Sequence record: OR896834.1
Source of the DNA: Escherichia phage Baret
Strand: one strand, 5' to 3'
Length of the DNA stretch: 64,000 nucleotides
Positions 10,043 to 19,715 of the stretch are shown here, in pieces; position 1 is the stretch's first letter, and each line of letters starts with the position of its first letter. The translations under genes were made by a program, and so were the position numbers. A model generated the notes under the pieces. The model was not told where the DNA came from. It did not search any database and was given only the letters and a program-made list of their open reading frames with translations.

Positions 10043-12373
10043 ATGAGCCATCGCATTGAAAAAGTAATTAAACGTGACGGTACTGTAGAAGACTTTGCTC
10101 CTGAAAAACTCAATGGTTGGGCAGAGTATGGTTGCAAAACAGTTGATGTAAGTTGGTCAGCCATTACTATGGCTGCTCAAAAAACTCTGCCTAAGGGGGT
10201 TGTAGATTCCGACACTCTGATGGACGCATTAATTAAAGCTGCTGAAAGTCTTATCAAAGATAACCCAGCATACGATGTGCCAGCAAAGGAATTACGTCTT
10301 GCGCAAATGCGTAAACGCCTTTACGACTCTTTCGAACCACCTTCTCTACGCTTCTTCCATGACCATATGGTTAGCGTAGGTGCATGGGAAGACATGAGTG
10401 CATGGATTACCGATGAGCAGTTCGAAGCTCTGAATCAGGTTATCGACCATGATCGTGACCGTCTTTTTACTAGTGGTGGACTGAAACAGTTCTTTGATAA
10501 GTATTCCCGTCGTAACATAGCCACTGGTGAAATTTATGAAACTCCGCAGTTTGCCTACATGGGTATGGCAATGGCGATGTTATCTCAACCTAGCTGGACA
10601 ATTCTAGATGCAATCGACCTCTACAACGCAATGTCACTCCACAAAATCAACGTTCCTACGCCGCCACTGGTTGGTCTGCGCTCTAGTGACCGTGGATTTG
10701 CTAGTTGCTGCCTCGTGGATTCCACTGACACGTTGGATTCAATCGACACCGCCGAGCACATCGTCTTCAAAATGGTCGCAGCCAGAGCGGGAATCGGGTA
10801 TCATCTTGAAAGCCGATCAATTGCTGATCCGGTGCGAAATGGGGCATTCCCGCATTCCGGAAAACTGCCATATTATCGACACATTGACCGCTCAGTAAAG
10901 GCCAATACTCAGCAAACTCGTGGTGGTTCTGCCACAGTGTCTTATCCGTACTTCGACCCTGAAATCATTCAATTGATGCAGGTTAAGCAACAACGTGCTA
11001 CAGATGAGAATAAAATCGATAAGATGGATTATTCTCTGAGCTTTAACAATCTTTTGTTAAAACGTTATCTTAAAAACGAAGATATTACGCTAATGTCATA
11101 CTTCTATGCTCCAGAAGTTCATGAAGCGTTTTATAGTGATGACGAGGCTAAATTTGAAGAAATCTACGTGGCAGCGGAGAAACGTGTGGCATCTCTTACA
11201 AAGATCGACCACGAAGGAAAAACAGTTCCAGCAGCTCCTAAAGTCTCTGCAAAAGAAATCCTAGATACTTGGCTACGTATCCGAATGGAAACAGGACGTA
11301 TGTATGCGCATCACATCGGGGAATCTAATCGTCACGGTAATTTCCTTGATCCGATCCGTATGACAAACCTTTGTGTTGAGATTACTCAGCCTACACGCCC
11401 GTTCCACCATATCACGGAACTGTATAAAACAAAAGAACAACTTGATCAAATGAAGCCGGAGGATATTGGTGAAGTATCTCTGTGTAACTTAGGTGGTGTT
11501 GTACTTGGACGCATGGAATCTCTGGCTGAGTGGGAAAAAACTTGCTACATCCTCCTGAAATTCGTTGATACAATTATTGAAATCCAGGATTATCCGTTCC
11601 CAACTATGGAATATACGGCTAAGAAACGTCGTAATGTTGGTATTGGACTGATGAACGCAGCAGGTGCAATGGCAGCAGAAGGTCTGGCTTATGAAGGTAT
11701 TGAAGCCCGTAACTGGATTCACCGTGAGGCTGAAAAACTGTCTTACTTCCTGCATAAAGCCTCTGTACGCCTAGCTAAAGAACAGGGTGCATGTGAGTGG
11801 TTTGATCGTACTAAACCATCTAAAGGAATTCTGGTAATCGACACGTACAAGAAAACTGTTGATGAGCTGGTATCCGTAGGTCTAGAAATGGATTGGGAGT
11901 CTCTACGTGCAGATATTCTGAAATATGGTATGCGTAACTCTGTTCTGACTGCTCAGATGCCGGGAGAAAGTTCTTCTGTTCTGTTAGGTGTTACTAACTC
12001 TATTGAACCACCTCGTAAGATTGTATCTATCAAGGGTAGTGCAGTAAATAAAGTAATTGCAATTGCTCCAGGTGCAACCGATTGGGAAACGTTAATGAGC
12101 TATAAACTGGCCTATGATGTAGATCGTATCGAGTGGATCAAGTGGGTAGCAACTATGCAGAAATTCTTCAGTCAGTCTATCAGTACTAATATGTACTATG
12201 ACTACACCAAGTTTGAGAATGAAATCATTCCTGGCCCAGTAGTAGTTCGTGATTTCATGACTGCTGTTAAGTATGGGTGGAAAACTTGGTATTATGCTAA
12301 CTTCAATACCGCAAATGGTGGAGGTGCTGGAGAAGAAGCAGCCGGTTGTGCATCCGGTGGTTGTACTATTTAA
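10043..12373 (+). CDS. nrdA: ribonucleoside-diphosphate reductase large subunit (class Ia)
   Basis: 776 aa from ATG 10043 (SD AAAGGAAAG); RNR alpha motifs, C-terminal CASGGC; track start 9938 is probably an upstream extension. Confidence 0.9.
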   Translation: MSHRIEKVIKRDGTVEDFAPEKLNGWAEYGCKTVDVSWSAITMAAQKTLPKGVVDSDTLMDALIKAAESLIKDNPAYDVPAKELRLAQMRKRLYDSFEPPSLRFFHDHMVSVGAWEDMSAWITDEQFEALNQVIDHDRDRLFTSGGLKQFFDKYSRRNIATGEIYETPQFAYMGMAMAMLSQPSWTILDAIDLYNAMSLHKINVPTPPLVGLRSSDRGFASCCLVDSTDTLDSIDTAEHIVFKMVAARAGIGYHLESRSIADPVRNGAFPHSGKLPYYRHIDRSVKANTQQTRGGSATVSYPYFDPEIIQLMQVKQQRATDENKIDKMDYSLSFNNLLLKRYLKNEDITLMSYFYAPEVHEAFYSDDEAKFEEIYVAAEKRVASLTKIDHEGKTVPAAPKVSAKEILDTWLRIRMETGRMYAHHIGESNRHGNFLDPIRMTNLCVEITQPTRPFHHITELYKTKEQLDQMKPEDIGEVSLCNLGGVVLGRMESLAEWEKTCYILLKFVDTIIEIQDYPFPTMEYTAKKRRNVGIGLMNAAGAMAAEGLAYEGIEARNWIHREAEKLSYFLHKASVRLAKEQGACEWFDRTKPSKGILVIDTYKKTVDELVSVGLEMDWESLRADILKYGMRNSVLTAQMPGESSSVLLGVTNSIEPPRKIVSIKGSAVNKVIAIAPGATDWETLMSYKLAYDVDRIEWIKWVATMQKFFSQSISTNMYYDYTKFENEIIPGPVVVRDFMTAVKYGWKTWYYANFNTANGGGAGEEAAGCASGGCTI

Positions 12374-12382
12374 TAAAAACAA

Positions 12383-12406
12383 GGAGATCTTCGGGTCTCC
12401 TTTTTC
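12383..12406 (+). terminator. intrinsic terminator after nrdA
   Basis: GGAGATC-TTCG-GGTCTCC hairpin followed by TTTTT. Confidence 0.65.
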
Positions 12407-12419
12407 TTTGAAATTTTAC

Positions 12420-12448
12420 TTGCTAATCGCTACCAGATTTGCTATAAT
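12420..12448 (+). promoter_or_regulatory. early promoter (TTGCTA-17-TATAAT)
   Basis: -35 12420-12425, -10 12443-12448; upstream of nrdB. Confidence 0.6.
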
Positions 12449-12479
12449 ATTCCTGAAATAGTGAGAAAGAGGAAAATCA

Positions 12480-13625
12480 ATGACTACTTTACTAAACCTG
12501 AATTGGGATCATACTAACGCTGACCTTTTCCTGGGAGATTCTCTCGGTATCGCAGATTATGTACGTGTAGCACATCCAGAACTAGAACGTCTGGCACTTC
12601 TGCAACGCTCTCAATTTTGGACTGAAACTGAAATTAGTCTGGAAGCAGATAAGAAACAGTGGCCTAATCTCCCGCGTGAAATTCAGGAAATTACACTCCT
12701 GAACTTAGCATGGCAGACTCAAACAGATTCCTTTATCAGTCGTGCCCCTGAAGCAGCTATTATGCCGCTTGTAAGTCGTCCAGAGTTGGAAGGTATGCTC
12801 AAGCAGTGGAGCTACTTCGAAGATCTGCATAGCCGTGCATATAGTAATATTATTCGTAATGTGCTGACTGATCCAGCAGAATTTATTGATTCTGTAACCA
12901 AAAACCAAGAAGCATTCGCACGCATCGCTGATTCTGTTGAACTATTCGATGAACTGTACCAGTTAGGTCAGTATTTCATCGCAGTACGCGATCATCGTGG
13001 CGACAATACATATCCAGAAACTGAGTTCCCTGAAGTTAAACGTGAAACTCAGGCTAAGCTATTAGATGCTTACTTTGCGATCTATGGTCTGGAAGCAATG
13101 CAGTTTTACGCATCCTTTGCATGTACCTTTGCATTAGCAGAGAACGATATTCTGCAAGGTATTGCTAAAAATCTGCAATTAATCGCTAAAGATGAAGCTC
13201 TGCACACTCAGATGTCCAAAGCAATCATCCAGATTATGTTTCAACAATTTGACAAAGATCTGGTAGATGAAGCAGTGGCTAAAGCACCAGCACAGCTCCT
13301 GAAAACTCTGAAAACTGAAATTGAATGGGGTCATTTCATTTTCAAAGGTCGTAGTCTGATTGGTTTGAACGCAGAACTTCTAGAAGAGTATCTATATTTT
13401 GTGGGGCGTAATGCGTTTATGCACATTGGTGTAGAATGGCCTAGTCATTTACCAGTAATCACCAAAAACCCTATTCCGTGGATCATGAACTGGTTGGATA
13501 CCACTTCTTTACAGCCTGCTCCACAAGAAATCCAGATTGGTGCAGCCTACCGTGTGGGTCAGGTAACTGAGACCTCTACTGATACTCTGAAAGATCTGGG
13601 TAATGAATTTGGAGATTTCTTATGA
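12480..13625 (+). CDS. nrdB: ribonucleoside-diphosphate reductase small subunit
   Basis: 381 aa; ferritin-like di-iron RNR beta pattern; follows nrdA. Confidence 0.85.
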   Translation: MTTLLNLNWDHTNADLFLGDSLGIADYVRVAHPELERLALLQRSQFWTETEISLEADKKQWPNLPREIQEITLLNLAWQTQTDSFISRAPEAAIMPLVSRPELEGMLKQWSYFEDLHSRAYSNIIRNVLTDPAEFIDSVTKNQEAFARIADSVELFDELYQLGQYFIAVRDHRGDNTYPETEFPEVKRETQAKLLDAYFAIYGLEAMQFYASFACTFALAENDILQGIAKNLQLIAKDEALHTQMSKAIIQIMFQQFDKDLVDEAVAKAPAQLLKTLKTEIEWGHFIFKGRSLIGLNAELLEEYLYFVGRNAFMHIGVEWPSHLPVITKNPIPWIMNWLDTTSLQPAPQEIQIGAAYRVGQVTETSTDTLKDLGNEFGDFL

Positions 13626-14155
13626 TAACGGCATTATATGCAGTTGGGCCGAATGGGGAGTTCGGCCTCCGAGGTAAACTCCCTTGGGGTTCCTTCAAAG
13701 AAGAACTAGATGCTTTCTACTCTCAACTGGACGTGTTGAACCCAGATAACATCATCATTGGTGCGGGTACTTATTTAGCACTTCCAGAAGTTATTCGGCA
13801 ACGTATGATTGGAGAATCTGACCTCTTTATTCGTGCGGATCGTCCTCTGCCTGATGATATTAAACATGGTATCTATACCCCAATTTCTAAGATTGGGGAT
13901 ACATTACCTACGTTCTTAAAAGATCAGCAAACAGTAGTTCTAGGCGGAGCTAATCTTCTCCTAGAAATGTATCAGCATGGACATATAGAAAGTGCTTTTG
14001 TATCTACAATCTTTAGCGAGCAGAAGCTAGAGGCGGATATACACCTAGATAGTATGATACTGGATTATAACTACGAATCCACTCGATTAGTCTATGCAGT
14101 TGGCGCAAACAGTGATAACAGCCTGCGATTTGTACAGGAATTGGTTACTTATTAA
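13622..14155 (+). CDS. frd: dihydrofolate reductase
   Basis: 177 aa; GLRGKLPWG DHFR motif; start overlaps nrdB stop. Confidence 0.8.
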   Translation: MITALYAVGPNGEFGLRGKLPWGSFKEELDAFYSQLDVLNPDNIIIGAGTYLALPEVIRQRMIGESDLFIRADRPLPDDIKHGIYTPISKIGDTLPTFLKDQQTVVLGGANLLLEMYQHGHIESAFVSTIFSEQKLEADIHLDSMILDYNYESTRLVYAVGANSDNSLRFVQELVTY

Positions 14156-14994
14156 TGCAACAATACTTAAAAATTTTGACAGATGTAATTTTACTAGGTG
14201 AACCCCGTAATGACCGTACAGGAACAGGCACAGTTTCAATTTTTGATTCCTATGCTAAATTCGACCTACGTGAGGGGTTTCCGGCTGTAACTACCAAACG
14301 TCTAGCTTGGAAATCCGTAGTAGGAGAACTCTTATGGTTCTTGTCTGGTTCCACAAATCTCCATGATCTACGTGTATTCACATTTGGTCGTGACGAAGGA
14401 CAGTGGACCATCTGGACTCCAAATTATGAAGATCAAGCTATAAGTATGGGGTATGATAAGGGTAATCTAGGACCGGTATATGGTAAACAGTGGCGTAACT
14501 TTGGTGGGCGAGATCAGATTCTAGAACTTATTGAAGGACTCAAGAATAATCCTCATGGCCGCAGACATCTAGTTTCTGCGTGGAACGTAGCTGAACTTGA
14601 TAAAATGGCATTACCACCTTGTCACTACGGCTTCCAGTGCTATGTAAGTAACGATGGATACCTAGATCTTAAATGGACACAACGCTCTGTGGATTGTTTC
14701 CTCGGTTTACCTTTCAATATTGCTAGTTATGCTTTATTAACACATATCCTGGCAAAACTGACTGGATTAAAACCTCGCTACCTTATCTTTAGTGGCGGTG
14801 ATACTCATATCTATAATGACCATATGGAACAGGTAGAAGAACAGGTAAAACGTAAACCTCGTTCTTTACCAACTCTAGTAATGCCAGAATTTGTAGATCT
14901 CTACGATTTACTGGAGAATAATACTGCAGCTTGGTCATTCCATTTAGAGGGGTACGATCCTCACCCAGCTCTTAAAGCTAAGATGTCTTCTTAA
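14155..14994 (+). CDS. thyA: thymidylate synthase
   Basis: 279 aa; active-site region LPPCHYGFQCYV; start overlaps frd stop. Confidence 0.9.
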   Translation: MQQYLKILTDVILLGEPRNDRTGTGTVSIFDSYAKFDLREGFPAVTTKRLAWKSVVGELLWFLSGSTNLHDLRVFTFGRDEGQWTIWTPNYEDQAISMGYDKGNLGPVYGKQWRNFGGRDQILELIEGLKNNPHGRRHLVSAWNVAELDKMALPPCHYGFQCYVSNDGYLDLKWTQRSVDCFLGLPFNIASYALLTHILAKLTGLKPRYLIFSGGDTHIYNDHMEQVEEQVKRKPRSLPTLVMPEFVDLYDLLENNTAAWSFHLEGYDPHPALKAKMSS

Positions 14995-15000
14995 CTCAAA

Positions 15001-15024
15001 TAGCCCTTCGGGGCTATTATATTT
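15001..15024 (+). terminator. intrinsic terminator after thyA
   Basis: TAGCCC-TTCG-GGGCTA hairpin then T-rich run. Confidence 0.6.
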
Positions 15025-15033
15025 AAATTTCAT

Positions 15034-15062
15034 TTGCTTACTGAGTGAAATTTAGATATAAT
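15034..15062 (+). promoter_or_regulatory. early promoter (TTGCTT-17-TATAAT)
   Basis: -35 15034-15039, -10 15057-15062. Confidence 0.6.
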
Positions 15063-15086
15063 ATATTTTATAAATCGGAGACAACT

Positions 15087-15341
15087 ATGGGACTATTTAA
15101 AAAGAAAGTTTATTTAACACAAAGTCAAGAACGTAGGTTCTTAGCTCTGTCTCAGTATTATCACTTACCTTTCGATCATTTTGTAGAACGGGCGTTAGAA
15201 CAATTCATAGAAAAGGAATTAAAGGCAATTAGACCTGAACCGCCAAGAGTACTAAATGATGCACAGAGAGGTCAACCATGTATTCCTCCTATGCCGCCAA
15301 TTCCTCCAGCGACTAGGGTAATTATAGAAGGCGAAAACTAA
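15087..15341 (+). CDS. hypothetical protein (84 aa), Pro-rich C-terminus
   Basis: ATG 15087 with SD GGAG; track ORF 15045 trimmed. Confidence 0.45.
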   Translation: MGLFKKKVYLTQSQERRFLALSQYYHLPFDHFVERALEQFIEKELKAIRPEPPRVLNDAQRGQPCIPPMPPIPPATRVIIEGEN

Positions 15342-15610
15342 TGTCTATTCTTTTATCTGCTTTAGAAGCAAAACAAAATACTATTGCTGTTATTAAACAG
15401 GAAGTACTTAATCTAGAGTCACTTATTGCCGTAGAGATTGATAAAGCAATCAAAGAAAAAGAATTTAACTGCCATATTCAGGGATTAACTGAATATTCAG
15501 AAAACGCCAGAAACAGCGTTATGCAACGACTCACTAAACTAGGCTACGTCGTAGAAGCTAAGTATGAGCAGCGTGAAGGTTTTTGGCTTGAAATTGACTG
15601 GAGCAAATAA
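15341..15610 (+). CDS. hypothetical protein (89 aa)
   Basis: ORF track; ATGA start/stop overlap. Confidence 0.4.
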   Translation: MSILLSALEAKQNTIAVIKQEVLNLESLIAVEIDKAIKEKEFNCHIQGLTEYSENARNSVMQRLTKLGYVVEAKYEQREGFWLEIDWSK

Positions 15611-16086
15611 TGTCGGTTTTCCACATTTACACAGATGGTGCTTGTAAGTCTAACCCAGGTCCAGGTGCTTGGGGATTTATTGTCTATGATGATAACGATG
15701 ATCGTTTAGGTTCTAAATCTGGATATAGTCCTAAAACTACAAATAATGAGATGGAACTCACGGCTATTGTAGAGGCTCTACGTTGGTCAGTTAAAAAAGA
15801 TAATAGACCAATTGTTATCTATACTGATTCTGCTTATTGCAAAAATGGTATGGAAAGTTGGATGTTTTCTTGGCAAAGGAAAGGCTGGAAGAAAGCAGAT
15901 GGTGAAGTTCCTCTTAATCTAGAACTTTGGCAGGAAGCATTTAAATTAACACAGCAGTATATCAACTTTCATAATACTAACCCTACCTTTATTAAGGTTA
16001 AAGGACATTCTGGTATTAGTGGTAATGAAGCTGTAGACGCCTTATGTAACACAGTTATTACTGAAGCTGAAATGGCTGAGATGTGA
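15610..16086 (+). CDS. rnh: ribonuclease H
   Basis: 158 aa; IYTDGAC...ELTAIVEAL...IYTDSAY RNase HI motifs. Confidence 0.85.
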   Translation: MSVFHIYTDGACKSNPGPGAWGFIVYDDNDDRLGSKSGYSPKTTNNEMELTAIVEALRWSVKKDNRPIVIYTDSAYCKNGMESWMFSWQRKGWKKADGEVPLNLELWQEAFKLTQQYINFHNTNPTFIKVKGHSGISGNEAVDALCNTVITEAEMAEM

Positions 16087-16107
16087 TAAATAAATTAAAA
16101 AATTTTC

Positions 16108-16136
16108 TTGCTTAAAGCCCTCTAATTTAGTATAAT
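16108..16136 (+). promoter_or_regulatory. early promoter (TTGCTT-17-TATAAT)
   Basis: -35 16108-16113, -10 16131-16136. Confidence 0.6.
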
Positions 16137-16163
16137 ATTCGTATTGAAAGTGAGGAGGGCTTT

Positions 16164-16442
16164 ATGAGAATTTATAACTCAAATTCATTAGGATTTAAAC
16201 CGTTGAGAAAACGTGCACAATCACCTCGTCAAATAAGAAAGGCTAATATTGGTGAGCCAGAAACACGTCTTCCACCTCCTCCGGAACAACGTTTAGTTTA
16301 TCTGGATGAAGAATTAGCTGAACGCGAAAGAAAAGCTCAAGAAGAGATTGAGCGTAAGAAAATGTGTACTGCTCCAGCATATAATAAAGGAGCGTATCAA
16401 TATGTTTCCGATGCAGAACAAGCCAAGATGGTTGGTAGATAA
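16164..16442 (+). CDS. hypothetical protein (92 aa)
   Basis: ORF track; SD GAGGAGG upstream. Confidence 0.45.
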   Translation: MRIYNSNSLGFKPLRKRAQSPRQIRKANIGEPETRLPPPPEQRLVYLDEELAERERKAQEEIERKKMCTAPAYNKGAYQYVSDAEQAKMVGR

Positions 16443-16458
16443 TTTTTAAAAAATTCAT

Positions 16459-16487
16459 TTGCTAAACGCTTCAAATTCTCGTATAAT
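16459..16487 (+). promoter_or_regulatory. early promoter (TTGCTA-17-TATAAT-CATAAATT)
   Basis: -35 16459-16464, -10 16482-16487. Confidence 0.65.
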
Positions 16488-16525
16488 ATACTTCATAAAT
16501 TGATAAACAAAAAGGAAAATAAATA

Positions 16526-17041
16526 ATGGCTAAGCAGAAAAACGCAAAAACTCAAGCAGCCCCGGCAGTTAAAACTTTCCCTCAGACTGAGGCTAACCGC
16601 AAAGCTCGTCTGGAACGCCACCTGCGCAAGCACCCTACTGATGCTCAAGCTGCACAGGCACTGAATCGTCCGGCTCCGATTCGTCAAAAGCCGAAGGCTA
16701 AGAATACCACTCGTTCTGTAGCCCGCCTTGTGACCTATGTACAGGGTTATGGTCACAAATCTGTTCCAGTAGCACTGAGTTTCAATGCTGGAGCAGAATT
16801 GTTCCCTCGTAATGGCATGGCCATGAAAGATTACGAGAAAGCAGTTAACCAGAAACGCAAACCAACGGCAGATGTATTGCGTGATACTCGTGGACAGTTT
16901 GGTTCTGTTAAGCCAAATATCTTCGGTGTAGGGTATAGCAAAGATAATGTTCGTGCTCTATGTTACGGTGTAGGCATTAAGTTCACGGGTGATTCTGCTC
17001 GTAAATCTGCTAAACCAGCTCGTAAACGTAAAGCGAAGTAA
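16526..17041 (+). CDS. highly basic putative nucleic-acid-binding protein
   Basis: 171 aa, Lys/Arg-rich; host-like high-expression codon choice (CGT, CTG, GCT). Confidence 0.5.
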   Translation: MAKQKNAKTQAAPAVKTFPQTEANRKARLERHLRKHPTDAQAAQALNRPAPIRQKPKAKNTTRSVARLVTYVQGYGHKSVPVALSFNAGAELFPRNGMAMKDYEKAVNQKRKPTADVLRDTRGQFGSVKPNIFGVGYSKDNVRALCYGVGIKFTGDSARKSAKPARKRKAK

Positions 17042-17050
17042 TAGATAAAT

Positions 17051-17066
17051 AGGGGCAGAAGCCCCT
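17051..17066 (+). terminator. stem-loop after basic-protein gene
   Basis: AGGGGC-AGAA-GCCCCT hairpin; weak T-run. Confidence 0.4.
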
Positions 17067-17104
17067 ACAATCTACTAATTCTCTAACTAATCAAGGATAT
17101 TTTT

Positions 17105-17320
17105 ATGTTCTCTAAGAAACCACGTTCCGTTACTGAAATCGTTGCTTCCTTTACCACTATCACTGATGAGCTTCAAGCTCGTATTGAGGCTGATCAAAAA
17201 ATTGCGGCGGATATTCAGAAACAGCAGGAAGAACTCGCTTTAAAGTTGGCTGAAACCAACAAGAGTGAAAAATCTGCCCAAACTATTATGGAAAATATCC
17301 TTAAACTGCTGGGCAAGTGA
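17105..17320 (+). CDS. hypothetical protein (71 aa)
   Basis: ORF track. Confidence 0.45.
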   Translation: MFSKKPRSVTEIVASFTTITDELQARIEADQKIAADIQKQQEELALKLAETNKSEKSAQTIMENILKLLGK

Positions 17321-17329
17321 TTTAAATCA

Positions 17330-17352
17330 GGGGGCGAAAGCCCCTCTTATTT
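17330..17352 (+). terminator. intrinsic terminator
   Basis: GGGGC-GAAA-GCCCC hairpin followed by TCTTATTT. Confidence 0.6.
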
Positions 17353-17361
17353 GGAGAAACT

Positions 17362-17598
17362 ATGCGTAATTTTGTAGCAAAGAATGATTTTAACCGTGCT
17401 AGCACTCATAAGTCCGCTAGAGATTATACACGACTTTCTAGTCATGAGGTAATGGACACCTGTTATGAAGAGCTGGAAGGTAGCTGGAATGAATGGCCCG
17501 ACTTCTCTATGGAAGAGAACTGGGATGTCAGTGAGGATATGCTTCCTGGCTTTAAAGACCCCAAGAAGTGGGAGTCTATTAAAGAGACAGCTCTTTAA
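17362..17598 (+). CDS. hypothetical acidic protein (78 aa)
   Basis: ORF track. Confidence 0.4.
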   Translation: MRNFVAKNDFNRASTHKSARDYTRLSSHEVMDTCYEELEGSWNEWPDFSMEENWDVSEDMLPGFKDPKKWESIKETAL

Positions 17599-17626
17599 TA
17601 GTTTTCTACACAGTAAAGGATAAGTT

Positions 17627-18328
17627 ATGAAAGTAAAACCATTTGGTATGCTAGATATTGAATCTCTAGGAACTCCAGGAGATTGTGGTACTACTCATAT
17701 CGTAATGCCTTCTTTCGCTTTTGTGGCTATGCATGGGGTTGATAAAGACCCTGATCTAGTATTTGTTACTTTGGATGTGCAGGATCAGCTTAATTCTGGT
17801 GCCAAAGTTACAGCATCTACTCTAGCATTCTGGATGGATCAAGCTAAAAATAGCCCCTCTGCTATCCACATTATGGAAGCTATGAAGGAACGTAATACAA
17901 AACTGATTGCCTTCCAAAATGGTAAACATCATTGCACTAATAAATTAGGCTCAAACTATGCTGCCTTCTCTATGGCTCAAAATATTATGGAGTTGGCTCT
18001 AGGCGAAAATGCTTTGTATTATGGCAATGGCCCAGAGTTTGATATGACTATCTACTCTGCAAACACGTTCCATGCTGGAACCAATGAAGAGGTAGTTCCA
18101 TGGAAATTCTGGAATTTGGGTAATGTTCGATCTCTTCGTAATCTCTGGATGCAAGCTGGATACAGTTATAAGGCTCTAGAGACCGAAGGTATTAGCTGGG
18201 CAATAGCTAAAATGGAGAAGATGGACACCATTCGTTATGGGATCTATCCGGTTAAGCACGACCCAGCATTCGATGCCCTAGTTGAGAGTTATTGTGTTGC
18301 AGCTATGATCGAAAAAATGAAAATTTGA
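17627..18328 (+). CDS. DEDD-family 3'-5' exonuclease-like protein
   Basis: 233 aa; MLDIESLG (Exo I DxE) and HDPAFDALV (Exo III H..D) motifs. Confidence 0.55.
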   Translation: MKVKPFGMLDIESLGTPGDCGTTHIVMPSFAFVAMHGVDKDPDLVFVTLDVQDQLNSGAKVTASTLAFWMDQAKNSPSAIHIMEAMKERNTKLIAFQNGKHHCTNKLGSNYAAFSMAQNIMELALGENALYYGNGPEFDMTIYSANTFHAGTNEEVVPWKFWNLGNVRSLRNLWMQAGYSYKALETEGISWAIAKMEKMDTIRYGIYPVKHDPAFDALVESYCVAAMIEKMKI

Positions 18329-18329
18329 T

Positions 18330-18358
18330 TTGCTTCCGGCTCCAAAATTCTGTATAAT
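18330..18358 (+). promoter_or_regulatory. early promoter (TTGCTT-17-TATAAT)
   Basis: -35 18330-18335, -10 18353-18358. Confidence 0.6.
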
Positions 18359-18398
18359 ATATTCATAAATTTGAGAAAACAATAAAAGGAAAACAAAT

Positions 18399-18581
18399 AT
18401 GCCAGTATCTAAAAATGTTCGTAAAAATGGTAAGAAAGCTACTCGTAATCTGGGTATCCGTCGTATGGCTGAACGTCAATCAGGTATCCAGAAAATCTTT
18501 GATCTGCTAAATCGTGCTAATCCTAAAATTGATAACAGTAATGATACTGTTCTGCGCACTCTGCTGGCAATTGGTCTGTAA
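18399..18581 (+). CDS. hypothetical protein (60 aa)
   Basis: ORF track. Confidence 0.4.
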   Translation: MPVSKNVRKNGKKATRNLGIRRMAERQSGIQKIFDLLNRANPKIDNSNDTVLRTLLAIGL

Positions 18582-18634
18582 TAGACCAAATTTAAACAAA
18601 TTCAAATCTCAAACTTCATATAAGGAAGCAAATA

Positions 18635-19273
18635 ATGACTACTCGTATCTCTAAAACTCGCGCTCTAGCAACTATCAAATCTCTGGAAGCTAAAATCCGT
18701 AAAGCTACTGAACAACAGCTTCTGATCGCTGTTGGTGAAGGTAAGGATAAAAATAAGGTTGTAGTTGGCGCTGCAATCGAAGTAGATGATTTATCTGAGC
18801 GTATTAAGACAGATTTCCAGTCTCTGCTGGATATGATGTCTCAGCGTGATCGTATCAAAGCTGCTCTGATTAAGAGCAATGCGGAAACAGTAGTTGAGAT
18901 TGGCTCTCGTAAGATGACTGTTGCGGAAGCAATTGAAGCTAAGCGTTCTATGGAGCTTAAAGCTCAACTGCTGGCTAACATGCGTAAGCAGTTCCATGCC
19001 GCTACGGTTAAATTTAATACGCAGAAAGCACAGTTTGATGCTAAATATGAGCGTTTGCAGGATAGCATGGCTACCCGCGATAAGAAAACTTCCGAAGATG
19101 AAGTTAAAATGCAGCTCAACCTGCTGGAACTCAAGAATACTCCATTCTTGATTGATCCGCTGGAACTGGAGAAGCTGATTAAGCAGCATGACGAGGAATA
19201 CCAGGACTTTGCAACAAATGTTGACTTTGTTCTGTCCGAGTCTAACGCCTCTACCTTCATTGAAGTAGAGTAA
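18635..19273 (+). CDS. hypothetical coiled-coil protein (212 aa)
   Basis: ORF track; high-expression-like codon usage; antisense ORFs 18791-19315 etc. judged spurious. Confidence 0.5.
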   Translation: MTTRISKTRALATIKSLEAKIRKATEQQLLIAVGEGKDKNKVVVGAAIEVDDLSERIKTDFQSLLDMMSQRDRIKAALIKSNAETVVEIGSRKMTVAEAIEAKRSMELKAQLLANMRKQFHAATVKFNTQKAQFDAKYERLQDSMATRDKKTSEDEVKMQLNLLELKNTPFLIDPLELEKLIKQHDEEYQDFATNVDFVLSESNASTFIEVE

Positions 19274-19656
19274 TAATTTAAAAGCTAGTAAATCGGTAGA
19301 CGAAAGCCCAAGCATCTTACCTCGCAGCAGCGGTTGAAATACGAGGTTAAATAAGACCGCTGACCATACTATAAAGTATAATCTATTGGAGATTATGTTT
19401 ATTACACCAGCCTTTTAAGCTGACACGTAAGAACAAAGCGTCGTTGATATTACCGACACAACTTCAAAGATCAACATTTAAGTATGAAAGCTGAAAAGTT
19501 TAAAGAACTCAAACTTCTAAACTTCTAAAGCTAAAAGATGCAAAGTATTCGTTGATGATTCAAACCCTAGATCAAAGGTACATGGCTCATAAGATATGGC
19601 CTGTGGCGCCTCTAGGCTGTTTATCGGTTTACTAGTTTCACAATTTAAAAATGTAT

Positions 19657-19685
19657 TTGCTAATCCACTAAATTATATGTATAAT
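19657..19685 (+). promoter_or_regulatory. early promoter (TTGCTA-17-TATAAT)
   Basis: -35 19657-19662, -10 19680-19685. Confidence 0.6.
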
Positions 19686-19715
19686 ATATTTTTAAATTGA
19701 TGAAACGAGGCTATT

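Noticed and set aside
10608-11755. ORFs 10608-10898 (+) and 11489-11755 (-) inside nrdA
   Set aside because: Alternative-frame and antisense ORFs embedded in a well-supported RNR large-subunit gene; likewise 12092-12382, 12273-12461, 12705-12908, 7476-7688, 5057-5491 and 3574-3756.
18791-19315. Minus-strand ORFs antisense to the 18635-19273 gene
   Set aside because: Overlap a plus-strand gene that has an SD and strong codon bias; the antisense ORFs have low-complexity Leu/Ser-rich translations.
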